Assembly (NCBI GenBank): GCA_965208575.1
Contig: CBDBOV010000002.1
Coordinates: forward strand, 128,001-192,000
Direction: 5' to 3'
DNA: 64,000 bases
Source: Spirochaetia bacterium
GTDB taxonomy: Bacteria > Spirochaetota > Spirochaetia > SZUA-6 > Bin103
Part shown: piece by piece, positions 53,969 through 64,000 of the stretch
How the letters are laid out: every line of letters begins with the position of its first letter
How positions within the stretch are numbered: the first letter of the stretch is position 1
Program-made: the position numbers and the translations under genes
The notes under the pieces: generated by a model
The model's input: only the letters and a program-made list of their open reading frames with translations
What the model was told of the DNA's origin: nothing
Databases searched by the model: none

Positions 53969-54235
53969 TTGCCACTCGCGCCGATGCGCGCTCTGCCTGG
54001 TCACGGTGGTCAGACATCGCTCCGGCAGCTTCAATCGGGCCTGTCAGGCCACTCCTGGCGATGCGGATTGCTCGACCCCGGTGGTCAGACGGTGCCGCCG
54101 CGGCTACAATCCGAGCCGTCATGCCATTGGTGCCGATGCGCATTCTGTTGGACCACGGTGGCCTGACTACCGCTACCCCAGATACAAGGATCCACCTATG
54201 CCACTAGTGCCAATGCGCATTTTGCTAGACCACGC
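53969..54235 (+). repeat. Tandem 77/75/77-bp array of fba 5'-end copies
   Basis: Units start at 53969, 54046, 54121 and 54198 (the gene start). Confidence 0.85.
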
Positions 54236-55238
54236 CGCCGAGAACGACTACGGGCTGGCGGCCTTCAACGTCAACAACATGGAACAGATCCAGGCCATCA
54301 TGGCCGCCGCCGACAACACCGAGTCGCCGGTCATCATCCAGGCCTCGCGCGGGGCGCGCAGCTACGCGCAGGAGGGATACCTGCGCCACCTGATGCTGGC
54401 CGCCGCCGAACTCCACCCGGGCATACCGATCGCCCTGCACCAGGACCACGGCAACAGCCCCGCCACCTGCCGCAGCGCGATCGAGCAGGGCTTCACGTCG
54501 GTGATGATGGACGGCTCGCTGGGCGAGGACGCCGCCACCCCCGCCGACTACGACTACAACGTGCGCGTGACGCGCGAGGTGGTCGCGCTGGCGCATGCCA
54601 AGGGGGTGACCGTGGAAGGCGAGATCGGCGTGCTCGGCTCGCTGGAGACCGGTATGGGCGACAAGGAAGACGGCCACGGTGCCGAGGGCGTGCTGAGCCA
54701 CGACCAACTGCTGACCGACCCCGACGAGGCGGAGCGTTTCGTGGCCGACACCGGGGTGGACGCCCTGGCGGTGGCGATCGGCACCAGCCACGGCGCCTAC
54801 AAGTTCTCGCACCAGCCGGACGGCGAGGTGCTGGCGATGGCGCGCATCGAGGAGATCCACCGCCGCCTGCCCGACACCCACTTGGTGATGCACGGCTCGT
54901 CGTCGGTGCCGCAGGAGCTGCAGGACCTGGTCAACGCCTACGGCGGCAGCATCCGCCAGACCTGGGGCGTGCCGGTGGAGGAGATCCAGCGCGGCATCCG
55001 CCACGGCGTGCGCAAGATCAACGTCGACACCGACAACCGGCTCGCGATGACCGGCGCCGTGCGCAAGGCGCTCGCCGAGTCACCGGACGGCTTCGACCCG
55101 CGCGACTACCTGAAGGCCGCGCGCGCCGCCATGCAGGACGTGTGCGAAGCGCGCATGACCGCCTTCGGCCAGGCCGGCCAGGCCGCCGGCGTCCCGTCTG
55201 TTACCCTGGAGCAGATGGCCGCCCGCTACAGCTCGTAG
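54198..55238 (+). CDS. fba: Class II fructose-bisphosphate aldolase
   Basis: [46 protein letters not shown]. Confidence 0.95.
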   Translation: MPLVPMRILLDHAAENDYGLAAFNVNNMEQIQAIMAAADNTESPVIIQASRGARSYAQEGYLRHLMLAAAELHPGIPIALHQDHGNSPATCRSAIEQGFTSVMMDGSLGEDAATPADYDYNVRVTREVVALAHAKGVTVEGEIGVLGSLETGMGDKEDGHGAEGVLSHDQLLTDPDEAERFVADTGVDALAVAIGTSHGAYKFSHQPDGEVLAMARIEEIHRRLPDTHLVMHGSSSVPQELQDLVNAYGGSIRQTWGVPVEEIQRGIRHGVRKINVDTDNRLAMTGAVRKALAESPDGFDPRDYLKAARAAMQDVCEARMTAFGQAGQAAGVPSVTLEQMAARYSS

Positions 55239-55387
55239 CCCTGTGCGGTGAGAACGGAGCGAACGGTGTCACGAGCAATCCGGCGACTGTCCTATCGGAC
55301 GCTGCGCGACCGAGGCCCATCGTCCGACAAGTCAGCGGTTTCCTGCGCGACTCGAGTGACACGAATTGAGAGCCTGCGAACATGCGA

Positions 55388-56155
55388 TTAAGCCGACATC
55401 CGATCAAGGTCAGCCACTACACCCTCTCTAAAGTCATCTAGAACGGGATACTGCCGGTCGGCATTCCGGGTCAGGTACTGGCGCTCCCTCCTGCCTAGAG
55501 CCTCCATATCTTCATGGACGACCAAGCTGATAAACCGAAGGTTAGACTTCTGGAATTCCAGCAAGGTGATGGCAACGTTCTTGGCCTTGTCGTTGCCAAG
55601 CACGCCAAAGAGATAGAAATCACGTCGATTGTGGGTCAGTGTCCAATCCACGCTAAAAACGCCAGCGTTTGATATCGGAGTCTGGTCGGCAACAGGGGCG
55701 TATGGTGCAAGGTTCGATCTCACATAGTCGCTGAGGTCTTCGTAGAAGGAGCTGCGCACGACTTCCCTTGCCCAGTAACGCATGTTGCACACCTTTTGGA
55801 CGCATCCGGCGAACTGCATTATTCCTTCGTAGAGCGCTCCAACGGGTACGTCGAGACAGAGATTGCCATCGTCATTGGCGACATGGTTGTTGATCAGGAT
55901 GTCGTCGAATATGCGTCGCCTTGTGTCCGAATTCAGTTCGTAGGAATAAGAAAGTCGCATCAGCGCCATGCCGAAGTCGCAGATGCGGATGTACGCTTCG
56001 CCGCGTGGGCTGTCCTGCAGGTACATGTCCACCATGTCGCCGTCCTCATGGCAGATTGGAACGATGAGCTGATAGCCGCCTTCCCTCCGAGTGTAAATGT
56101 CGAAGCCGGCCGCCATGCGTCCGCCGAGTGCGTCTCTGATGCTACTTATGTTCAT
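55388..56155 (-). CDS. DUF1828-like protein
   Basis: PICHEDGDMVDMYL...IRICDFGMAL; lower GC than flanks. Confidence 0.6.
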   Translation of the reverse strand: MNISSIRDALGGRMAAGFDIYTRREGGYQLIVPICHEDGDMVDMYLQDSPRGEAYIRICDFGMALMRLSYSYELNSDTRRRIFDDILINNHVANDDGNLCLDVPVGALYEGIMQFAGCVQKVCNMRYWAREVVRSSFYEDLSDYVRSNLAPYAPVADQTPISNAGVFSVDWTLTHNRRDFYLFGVLGNDKAKNVAITLLEFQKSNLRFISLVVHEDMEALGRRERQYLTRNADRQYPVLDDFREGVVADLDRMSA

Positions 56156-56639
56156 CAAAAAGCTCCAATTGCTTATCGTACGCAAAGTACTTGGCGTGGT
56201 TCAACACATGCGTGTCGGTGAAGAAGACCCTAAGTGCCTGGTCCAGCGTTGCGTACCGGGAGGTGACCGTTCGGTCGCGCTCCTGGGGTTGCGTGCTACC
56301 CGATGCGAGATCCTGTTCGGTGACGCGGTGAATGTGCGGCTTGGCAAAGTGGCCATCGGGCGCACGGCTGCTCTCCCCGTGGGGGCCATTGTATCGCAAA
56401 AGGGTGATCGCGCCTAGCGGCAAGTCGGCTCGATAGCGCAGTCCGATGGAGAAGTTCTCAGCGAACTTGAGGTTCTGCCGGACAAAGACCGTAAAATCAA
56501 GACCCTCGTGTCCGTCGCTCCGCAGTTCCAGGTCACAGCGCCGGTTCCCACTCTCTTCTCGATACCCACGGCTGGGCCGCTTGCCGACTATCGTCTTGGG
56601 AGTCTCGATCAGCTCCTGAATCCGTTGCCGCGTCAGCAT
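56142..56639 (-). CDS. Hypothetical protein (DUF6978-like) paired with the DUF1828 gene
   Basis: LLRYNGPHG...PHIH; overlaps the downstream gene; lower GC. Confidence 0.6.
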   Translation of the reverse strand: MLTRQRIQELIETPKTIVGKRPSRGYREESGNRRCDLELRSDGHEGLDFTVFVRQNLKFAENFSIGLRYRADLPLGAITLLRYNGPHGESSRAPDGHFAKPHIHRVTEQDLASGSTQPQERDRTVTSRYATLDQALRVFFTDTHVLNHAKYFAYDKQLELFDEHK

Positions 56640-56746
56640 CGCCTATCCTCGTAACAGATGCTACACGAATCGCTGCTACTGTCCCATGGTCTCGGCCAGC
56701 CCTACGGCCTGTGGTCTCCGGAACAGAGCCGAACCACTGGTCTGCG

Positions 56747-57901
56747 TTAGCCTTCAGCTTGGAATCGGGATGCAGTTACGTGGCGGCGGAGTTGGCCGCA
56801 GGCGGCTGCTACCTCCTGGCCTTTTTCCTTGCGGACGGTGACCGGGACGGCGCGGCGGCGCAGCGCCTGGAAGAAGGCGTGCACGCGGGCGGCGGAGGGG
56901 CGGCGCAGGTCGGCGAACTCGGGCACCGGGTTGTAGGGGATCGCGTTTACCTTGGTCGGGCCGGGTGCATGGCGGTGCAGGAGGGCGGCGAGGCGCTCGG
57001 CGTCGGCCACGGTATCGTTGACCCCTTTCAGCAGCACGTACTCGAAGGTCACGGTGCGCCCGGTGGCGCGCGCGTAGGCGGCCGCGGCGGCGACGATCTC
57101 GGCGACCGGCCAGCGGCCCGATGTGGGCACCAGGCGGCGGCGCAGAGCGTCATCGGCGGCGTGCAGGCTCACCGCCAAGCCGACCGGCAGCCCGTCGCGC
57201 GCCAGCCGTTCGATGCCGGATACCAGTCCCACCGTGCTGACCGTGATGCGCCGGGCGCTGAAGCCGAACCCGTCGCGGTCGCAGAGCACGGCGAGGGCGC
57301 GGTGCAGGGCGGGGTAGTTGGCCAGCGGCTCGCCCATGCCCATGAACACGAGGTTGGTAAGTGGCCCGAACTCGCGCTGCACGACCGCCACCTGGTCGAG
57401 CATCTCGCCGGCGGTGAGGTTGCGCGCCACGCCGCCGATGCCGGAGGCGCAGAAGATGCAGCCCATGGCGCAGCCCACCTGGCTGCTGACGCACACGGTG
57501 TGGCGGGCGCGGCGCACGCGCCGCGGGTCCGCCGGCAGCGGCTCCCGAATCGAGACCGCCTCCACCGTGTGGCCGTCGGCGACCTGCAGCAGGAGCTTGG
57601 TGGTCAGGCCGTCGCGGGAGCGCGTTCGGCTGCGCTCGGCCAGGCCGTAGGGGGCGAGGTCGCGCTCCAGGCGCTCGCGCAGCGCCGCCGGGAGCTGGGC
57701 CATGGCGGCGAAGGAGGCGGTGTGGCGGCGGAACAGGTGGTGGCGGATCTGCCGCGCCCGGTAGGCGGGCTCGCCGGCCTCGGCCAGGTAGGCTGTCCAT
57801 TCGGCGGTGTCCAGGTCGGTGGCGCCGCGCCGCGCGCCCGCCGGCGCTGCCGGGTGGCCCGGCGCGGGGGGCGCGGCGTCGGGCGGCGGCCCGGCGGTCA
57901 C
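56747..57901 (-). CDS. rlmN: 23S rRNA m2A2503 methyltransferase RlmN
   Basis: CVSSQVGCAMGCIFC, MGMGEP, ITVSTVG, AACGQL; start approximate. Confidence 0.93.
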   Translation of the reverse strand: MTAGPPPDAAPPAPGHPAAPAGARRGATDLDTAEWTAYLAEAGEPAYRARQIRHHLFRRHTASFAAMAQLPAALRERLERDLAPYGLAERSRTRSRDGLTTKLLLQVADGHTVEAVSIREPLPADPRRVRRARHTVCVSSQVGCAMGCIFCASGIGGVARNLTAGEMLDQVAVVQREFGPLTNLVFMGMGEPLANYPALHRALAVLCDRDGFGFSARRITVSTVGLVSGIERLARDGLPVGLAVSLHAADDALRRRLVPTSGRWPVAEIVAAAAAYARATGRTVTFEYVLLKGVNDTVADAERLAALLHRHAPGPTKVNAIPYNPVPEFADLRRPSAARVHAFFQALRRRAVPVTVRKEKGQEVAAACGQLRRHVTASRFQAEG

Positions 57902-59334
57902 TTGCCGGGCCGGCGGGGGCGGTGGAGGTGGGTGCTCTGGCCGAAGAACAGGTCGGCGCTCTCCATCACCGTCTCGCTCAGGGTGGGGTGCGGGTGGATG
58001 GTGAGGCGCAGGTCGGTGGCCAGGGCGGCCATCTCCACCGCCAGCACGCCCTCGGCGATCAGCTCGCCGGCGCCGGTGCCCACCACGCCCATGCCCAGCA
58101 CCTGTTCGCTGCCGGGGTCGAGCACCAGCTTGGTGAGGCCGTCGGGGCGGCCCATGGTGGTGGCGCGCCCGGATGCGGCCCACGGGAACCGTTGCACGCT
58201 GACCTCGCGGCCCTGCTCGCGGGCAGCCGTTTCGGTGAGCCCGCACCAGGCGACCTCCGGGTCGGTGAACACCACCGCCGGGATCGCCCCCGGCTCGAAC
58301 GCCACCTTCATGCCGGCGGCCGCCTCGGCGGCGGTGCGTCCCTCGTGGGTGGCCTTGTGCGCCAGCCCCGGCTCGCCGGCCACGTCGCCGATCGCGAACA
58401 CCGACTCATCGGCGGTGCGGCGCTGCTCGTCTACCGGGATGAAACCGCGTGCGTCGGGAATGATGCCGAGGTGTTCCAGGCCCAGATCCTGAGTGTTGGG
58501 GGTGCGTCCGACGCTCATCAGCACCTTGGCGAAGGTTTCGGTCACCTTGCCGCCGGGGGTGTCGAGCGTGGCGGCGATGCCGGCGCCGGTTTCCTCCAGC
58601 GCCGCCACGTGCGTGTTCACGTGCACCTTGGCGAAGCGCGCCGCCACCTGCCGCGCCAGGATGCCCACCAGGTCGCGGTCGGCGCCCGGCAGCAGGCCGG
58701 GCAGCATCTCGACCACGGTGACCGCCGAGCCGAGCGCGGCGTACACCGAACCGAGCTCCAGGCCGATGTAGCCGCCGCCGATCACCAGCAGCGACGGCGG
58801 CACGTCGGGCAGCTCCAGGGCGGTGGTGGAGTCCATCATCCGCTCGCTGTCCAGCCACAGTGACGGAATACGGGCCGGGCGCGACCCGGTGGCGATGATC
58901 GCCCGGTCGAAGCTCACGCTGTGCCGGCCATCCTCGCCGCTCACCAGCAGCGTCCCCGCACCGCTGAAACGGCCGCGGCCCTGCACGTAGGTCACCTTGC
59001 GCTGCCTGCTGAGCGTGCCGAGGCCGGCGGTCATCTTGCCGACCACGCCCTCCTTCCAGGAGCGCAGCTTGTCGAGGTCGACCTGCGGCTTGGCGAACCG
59101 GACGCCCCACTGCGCGGCAGCTTCCGCCTCGTGCAGCAGCTTGGCCACGTGCAGGAGCGCCTTGGAGGGGATGCAGCCGCGGTACAGGCATACCCCGCCG
59201 GGGTGCGGGGCGTCATCGACCAGGGTCACGTCCAGCCCCAGGTCGGCGCCCATGAACGCGGCCGCGTAGCCGCCGGGGCCGCCGCCGAGCACCGCCAGGC
59301 GGGTGCGTTCTCCGCTCGCTGTCGAATCAGCCAT
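57898..59334 (-). CDS. lpdA: Dihydrolipoamide dehydrogenase
   Basis: GGGPGGY, GGVCLYRGCIPSK, HPHPTLSE. Confidence 0.95.
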   Translation of the reverse strand: MADSTASGERTRLAVLGGGPGGYAAAFMGADLGLDVTLVDDAPHPGGVCLYRGCIPSKALLHVAKLLHEAEAAAQWGVRFAKPQVDLDKLRSWKEGVVGKMTAGLGTLSRQRKVTYVQGRGRFSGAGTLLVSGEDGRHSVSFDRAIIATGSRPARIPSLWLDSERMMDSTTALELPDVPPSLLVIGGGYIGLELGSVYAALGSAVTVVEMLPGLLPGADRDLVGILARQVAARFAKVHVNTHVAALEETGAGIAATLDTPGGKVTETFAKVLMSVGRTPNTQDLGLEHLGIIPDARGFIPVDEQRRTADESVFAIGDVAGEPGLAHKATHEGRTAAEAAAGMKVAFEPGAIPAVVFTDPEVAWCGLTETAAREQGREVSVQRFPWAASGRATTMGRPDGLTKLVLDPGSEQVLGMGVVGTGAGELIAEGVLAVEMAALATDLRLTIHPHPTLSETVMESADLFFGQSTHLHRPRRPGK

Positions 59335-59338
59335 TCGC

Positions 59339-60805
59339 TCAGCCCTCCAGCGCCAGCAGCAGCGGCTGCTCCAGCGCTTCGATGATCCAGCGCAGGAAGC
59401 GGATGCCGTCGGCACCGTCGATCAGCCTGTGGTCGTAGGTCAGGGACAGCGGCAGGCGCAGGCGCGGCACGAATTCGCCGTCGCGCCACACCGGCTCGGT
59501 CTCGGCGCGCGACACGCCCAGGATCGCCACCTCCGGGGCGTTGATGATCGGCGAGAAGTGGGAGCCGCCGATGCCGCCCAGGTTGGAGATGGTGAAGCTG
59601 CCGCCGGCCATCTCCGCCGGGCTGAGCTTGCGGGCGCGGGCGCGCTGTGAAACCTCGCCCAGGGCGGCGGCGATCTCGACGATGTTCATGCGGTCGGCAT
59701 CGCGGATCACCGGCACCAGCAGGCCGCGGTCGGTGTCGACGGCGATGCCGACGTGGCAGTAGCGCTTGTAGATCACCGTGGAGCGCGCCATGTCGATGCT
59801 GGCGCTGAATTGCGGGAACACCTTCAGGGCGGTGGCTACCACCTTCACCAGGATGGCGGTAACGGTCAGCTTGCCGCCGGCCGCCTCGGCGCGCGGCGCG
59901 TAGCGCTTGCGCAACCGCTCCAGGTCGGTGATGTCCGCCTTGTCGAGCTGGGTGACCGCCGGGATGGTCTGCCACGCCGCGCTCAGGTGGGTGGCGGTGA
60001 CGCGGCGCACCGCGTTCATCGCCTGCTCTTCGACCGGCCCCCACTGGGAGAAGTCGGGCAGCGGCGGGGCCGCCGCCTGGGCTGCCGCCGCGGCCGGCGC
60101 CGGCGTCTGCAGCAGGCGCTTGGCGGTGGCCTTGACATCGTCGAGCAGGATGCGCCCGCCCGCCCCGGTGCCGGTGACGGCGGCGATGTCGACGCCGATC
60201 TCGCGCGCCAGCCGGCGCACCGCCGGGGTGGCCGGAATCGGCTGCACCGCCTCCGGCGCGGGTACGCCGGCGGTCGCCGCGGAGAGTGCCGGCGCGGCTG
60301 GCGGCGCGGGCGCGGTGGCCGGGCCCGGCGCCGGCGGCGGCACGGGTTTGGCCGGTTCGGTGGCGGCGGGAGCGGCACCCGCGGAGGGAGGGGCGGTTAC
60401 GCCGGAGGCCGCGGCGAGCAGTCCGCCCGCCGCCTGTGCGGACGCCGTCGCCGGTTGCGGCGGTGTAGCCGCAGGGACGGCGTGCGCGGCAGAAGGCGCG
60501 TCCGCGGCCGAAGCGGGCTGGGCCGCGGGCGCCACTGCGGGTTCCGGGACGGCGGCGGCGCCCGCGCCGTCCGGTTCAAGGCTGGCGATGGTGTCGCCGA
60601 CGCCTATGGTGTCGCCCGCCTTGACCATGATGGCGGTTACCACGCCGGCGTCGGGTGCGGGTACCTCCACCACCGCCTTGTCGGTCTCCAGTTCCAGCAG
60701 CGGCGCGTCCTTCTCGACGCGGTCGCCGGGGCTCACCAGGACGGCGGCGACGTCGCCGGACTCGATATTCTCTCCCAGTTCCGGGAGTGTTACGTCAGTT
60801 GCCAT
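59339..60805 (-). CDS. 2-oxoacid dehydrogenase E2 (dihydrolipoamide acyltransferase)
   Basis: Lipoyl motif ETDKA, E3-binding domain, DHRLIDGADG. Confidence 0.93.
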   Translation of the reverse strand: MATDVTLPELGENIESGDVAAVLVSPGDRVEKDAPLLELETDKAVVEVPAPDAGVVTAIMVKAGDTIGVGDTIASLEPDGAGAAAVPEPAVAPAAQPASAADAPSAAHAVPAATPPQPATASAQAAGGLLAAASGVTAPPSAGAAPAATEPAKPVPPPAPGPATAPAPPAAPALSAATAGVPAPEAVQPIPATPAVRRLAREIGVDIAAVTGTGAGGRILLDDVKATAKRLLQTPAPAAAAAQAAAPPLPDFSQWGPVEEQAMNAVRRVTATHLSAAWQTIPAVTQLDKADITDLERLRKRYAPRAEAAGGKLTVTAILVKVVATALKVFPQFSASIDMARSTVIYKRYCHVGIAVDTDRGLLVPVIRDADRMNIVEIAAALGEVSQRARARKLSPAEMAGGSFTISNLGGIGGSHFSPIINAPEVAILGVSRAETEPVWRDGEFVPRLRLPLSLTYDHRLIDGADGIRFLRWIIEALEQPLLLALEG

Positions 60806-61009
60806 CGATCCTCCGCCCGATACTCAGGGTAAGGCTCCGAGCGCGCACCGCCTGCCGGGCGGCGACGAAACGGGATGCAGAGAGCCGCAGGGGAAACGTG
60901 ATGCTCTCGGGCTGGCAAGGCTGGAAGATAACACCGAAACCGCCTCTTGTCAGGTACGACCAGGCCACGAGACCGACCCGACGAGAGCGCGCGTGGCGGT
61001 AGTTTTGCA

Positions 61010-61037
61010 TTGACAGGCGGCATTTCTCCGGTAAATT
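61010..61037 (+). promoter_or_regulatory. Putative sigma70 promoter
   Basis: TTGACA, 16-bp spacer, TAAATT, just before ATG 61046. Confidence 0.45.
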
Positions 61038-61045
61038 TGACAACT

Positions 61046-62193
61046 ATGTTAGCAAGAAGGCTGCTGCCGCCGCCCGCGTCCTTCTTCCTGTTCGGGCCGC
61101 GGGGCACGGGGAGTCGACGTGGATTGCGAGCCACTTCGCGGGGGCGCCCACCTATGACCTTCTGAATACGCGCGAGTCGCTGCGTCTGAGCCGCGACCCG
61201 GAAGCGCTCTACCGGGAGATGGAGGGCGTGCCAGCGGGTACGTGGGTGGTGATCGACGAAGTGCAGAAGGTGCCGGAGCTGCTCGACGAGGTCCATCGCC
61301 TGATCGAGCGGCGGCGCCTGCGCTTCGTGCTTTCGGGGTCGAGCGCGCGCAAGCTGAAGCGGGGCGGCGGCAACCTGCTCGCGGGCCGCGCCGTGGTGGC
61401 GCAGATGTTCCCGCTGGTCTCGGCGGAACTCGCGTTCGGGCCGCCGGTAGATGACCTGCTCGTCCACGGCAGCATGCCGCTCGCCGTGACCGGCGCCGAC
61501 CCGGCGGGGTATCTCCTTGCTTGCGCCGAGACCTACCTGGAGGAGGAGATACGCGCCGAAGCGCTCACCCGGAGCATCGGCGCCTTCAGCCGCTTCCTGG
61601 AAGTCGCCGCACGGCAGAACGGGCAGGTGACCAACCTGTCGGCGATCTCCCGCGACGCGGCGGTGGCCAGGTCCACGGTGGAGAATTATTTCGAGATCCT
61701 CGAAGACACCCTGGTCGGGCACCGGGTCCACCCGTGGAGACTCAAGCGGGCAACGAAGCAGGTGGCGCACCCCAAGTTCTATCTGTTCGATTGCGGGGTG
61801 GCCCGCGCCCTGTCAGGAAGGTTGCCCTACCCGCCGGCGCCCGAGGAGGAAGGGCCGCTGCTGGAGACGTTGCTGTTCGCGGAGATACGGGCCTACGTCG
61901 CCTATGCCAAGCTGCGCTACCCCCTCTACTACTGGCGCAACTACGATGGCGTCGAGGTGGACGTGCTGTGCGAGACGCGGCGCGGTTTCGTGGCGGTGGA
62001 GATCAAGTCGGCGGCCAGGTGGGAGCGCCGCCACCAGCGCGGCCTGGAGCGCATGCGCACCGAACTCGGCGCCCACCGCGTGTGCTGTTATGGCGTGTAC
62101 CGCGGCAACCGGCCAGCGAGGTGGAACGACATCGAGATCCTGCCGGCAATGGATTTCCTCCGCCGCCTGTGGGACGGCGACATCGTCGATTGA
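61046..62193 (+). pseudogene. AAA_14/DUF4143 ATPase frameshifted in the Walker A motif
   Basis: FLFGPRGTG then GGG AG TCG ACG TGG: one base of the Lys codon is missing near 61112. Downstream IDEVQK, SGSSARKL, HPKFYLFD, EVD...EIK are intact. Confidence 0.8.
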
Positions 62194-62401
62194 ACCGAAC
62201 GCAGCGGTAGCGAGACGCTGACGACCTGCGTAGAAATCGCCACGGCACGAGCCACGGGCAGCCCGGGCGGGCAGTCAGTCCTTGCCGGACGCTTTGCCCT
62301 CTGTTGGTTTGCGGTCGTCGGGCCGCTGGCCGGCGGGGTTGGCCGTCGGCCTGGGGGTCTGGGGTCTTGGACGCTGACCACCTTTCTGGAGAATACCCTC
62401 T

Positions 62402-62671
62402 TCAAGGGGATGGATCGGGTCCTTTTCTGCCATCGGCTTCCTCCGGTTGGGTTTTCAAAATCTCTACGGATACCTCATGCGGGTCGCGCGAAACGTATAA
62501 TCGAGGCACCTCGTACAGACGGATGCCCGACGCGTTGTCGAATACTTCCACATCGTTCAGAAGTAGCTCCCGATTCGGTCCCGCGTCCGAGTATAGTTGA
62601 ATCCAGCCTTTGTATACCAGCCCATATCGGTGGTCTCGCAGGAAGATCCACCCTGAACCCTTGCTATGCAT
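62402..62671 (-). pseudogene. C-terminal remnant of a hypothetical gene cut by IS3
   Basis: Lower-GC reading frame (GLVYKGWIQLYSD...RELLLNDVEV) runs into the IS left end. Confidence 0.5.
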
Positions 62672-62738
62672 TGAGCTGGTCCCGGAAAAACGGACGGTAT
62701 GGTAGAGTGTATCCAAGGCCACGAGGAGGGCCAGCAAG

Positions 62739-63023
62739 ATGGCGACGAAGAGGCGTCGGTTCACAGCGGAGTTCAAGGCGAAGGTAGTGATTGAGGCGCT
62801 GCGGGGAGACCGTACGATCCAGGCGATCGCGGCCAAGCACGAAATACATCCGAACCAGATCAGCAGTTGGAAGCGGCAGGCTCAGACCGGTCTGCGGGAC
62901 CTGTTCGCCGACGGCCGGAGCCGGCGGCAGAAGGAGCACGATGAGACCATTCACGACCTGCATGCCAAGATCGGGGAGTTGACCGTGGAGCGCGATTTTT
63001 TAGCACGCGGGCTCGGGCGCTGA
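62739..63023 (+). CDS. IS3 transposase OrfA
   Basis: RRRFTAEFKAKV, HPNQISSWK, KIGELTVERDFL. Confidence 0.9.
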   Translation: MATKRRRFTAEFKAKVVIEALRGDRTIQAIAAKHEIHPNQISSWKRQAQTGLRDLFADGRSRRQKEHDETIHDLHAKIGELTVERDFLARGLGR

Positions 63024-63043
63024 GCCGGGCCGAGCGACGAGAG

Positions 63044-63880
63044 ATGATCGACCGCGAGCACGAGGGTCTGAGCATCAGCCGGCAGTGCCGCCTGATCGGG
63101 CTGAACCGGTCGACGCTGTACTACCGAGCGGTGGGCGAGAGCGCTGACACGCTCGCGTTGATGCGCCGCATCGACGAACTTTATCTGGAATGTCCGTTCT
63201 ACGGCAGCCGGCAGATGATGCGCCATCTGGCACGCGAGGGAAAGCGGGTCGGTCGGCACCGGGTGCGGCGGCTGATGCGGCTGTTGGGGCTGGAGGCGAT
63301 CTACCGCAAGCCACGCACCAGCGTCGCGCACCCGGACCATCGGGTGTATCCGTATCTGCTGCGAGGGCTTACGATTGAGCGCCCGAACCAGGTGTGGTGC
63401 GCGGACCTGACCTACATCCCGGTGCAGGGAGGATTTCTGTACCTGGTGGCGATCATGGACTGGGCGAGCCGGCGGGTGTTGGCCTGGCGGCTGTCCAACA
63501 CGATGGACACCTCCTTCTGCCTGGAGGCGTTGGCGGACGCTCTGGAAGACTTCGGCATTCCCGAGATCTTCAACACCGATCAGGGCAGCCAGTTCACCAG
63601 CATCGCGTTCACCGGCCAGTTGGAGGCGACCGGGATACGGTGCTCGATGGACGGGCGCGGTCGTTGTCTGGATAACGTATTCATCGAACGGTTGTGGCGC
63701 TCGCTGAAGTACGAGTCGGTATACCTGCACGATTTGGAGGATGGCTTCGAGGCGCAGCGGGTGATCGACGGGTGGATGGCATTCTACAACGAGACCCGAC
63801 CACACTCGGCGCTCGGCGGGCGTACGCCCGCGGAAGCGTACCGCGACGGGGTGGCGGAACAACAGCAGGAGGTGGCGTAG
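63044..63880 (+). CDS. IS3 transposase OrfB (DDE)
   Basis: WCADLTY, NTDQGSQF, DNVFIERLWRSLKYE, YNETRPHSAL. Confidence 0.92.
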   Translation: MIDREHEGLSISRQCRLIGLNRSTLYYRAVGESADTLALMRRIDELYLECPFYGSRQMMRHLAREGKRVGRHRVRRLMRLLGLEAIYRKPRTSVAHPDHRVYPYLLRGLTIERPNQVWCADLTYIPVQGGFLYLVAIMDWASRRVLAWRLSNTMDTSFCLEALADALEDFGIPEIFNTDQGSQFTSIAFTGQLEATGIRCSMDGRGRCLDNVFIERLWRSLKYESVYLHDLEDGFEAQRVIDGWMAFYNETRPHSALGGRTPAEAYRDGVAEQQQEVA

Positions 63881-64000
63881 CGAACAGGAACGGCAGGCGG
63901 TTGGCATGGGGTGCAAGGGCATCCGAGGACCAACGGGAGCGCGAGCAGTGGGGACGAAGTATCCACATATCCACAGGCTCGCTCACCCCCTCCCCGGACC

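Larger units (their letters stand above)
62672..64000 (+). mobile_element. IS3-family insertion sequence (right end not in window)
   Basis: Starts TGAGCTGGTCCCGGAAAAACGG; orfA/orfB organisation. Confidence 0.88.

Noticed and set aside
53969-54235. CRISPR array or DGR template/variable repeat
   Set aside because: Units derive from the fba start, differences are not confined to adenines, and no cas or reverse transcriptase gene is in the window
62259-62286. Possible decayed copy of the E2 gene start
   Set aside because: Weak gapped match, and AT-rich 5' codons are a general feature of gene starts

Overview
High-GC bacterial chromosome segment, most likely a spirochaete. The evidence is the dciA-rpmH-rnpA-yidD-yidC-jag order, the spirochaete-type L34 C-terminus, a Ser-Ser-Arg(GCG)-Ser-Ser tRNA cluster followed by ffs-dnaX, and a TatT-type TRAP system. 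The region is origin-proximal (gyrBA, parAB, parS-like sites) and continues into housekeeping and metabolic genes (argA, serC, aroA, purA, pyrG, xylA, fba, rlmN, lpdA, E2). Two near-identical 3,795-bp composite DDE elements sit in inverted orientation (266-4060 and 15602-19396), each with its own 5-bp target duplication, and an IS3-family element ends the window. The most unusual signal is a recurring architecture: small accessory cassettes (LAGLIDADG-like gene, coiled-coil repeat gene, AAA/DUF4143 gene, vapBC, DUF1828 pair) lie between diverged direct copies of the junction they occupy, with no recombinase in the window. Related to this are a polarised 77-bp array of fba 5'-end copies and a synonymously recoded patch in gyrA. 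Family assignments come from motif recognition only; no searches were run.
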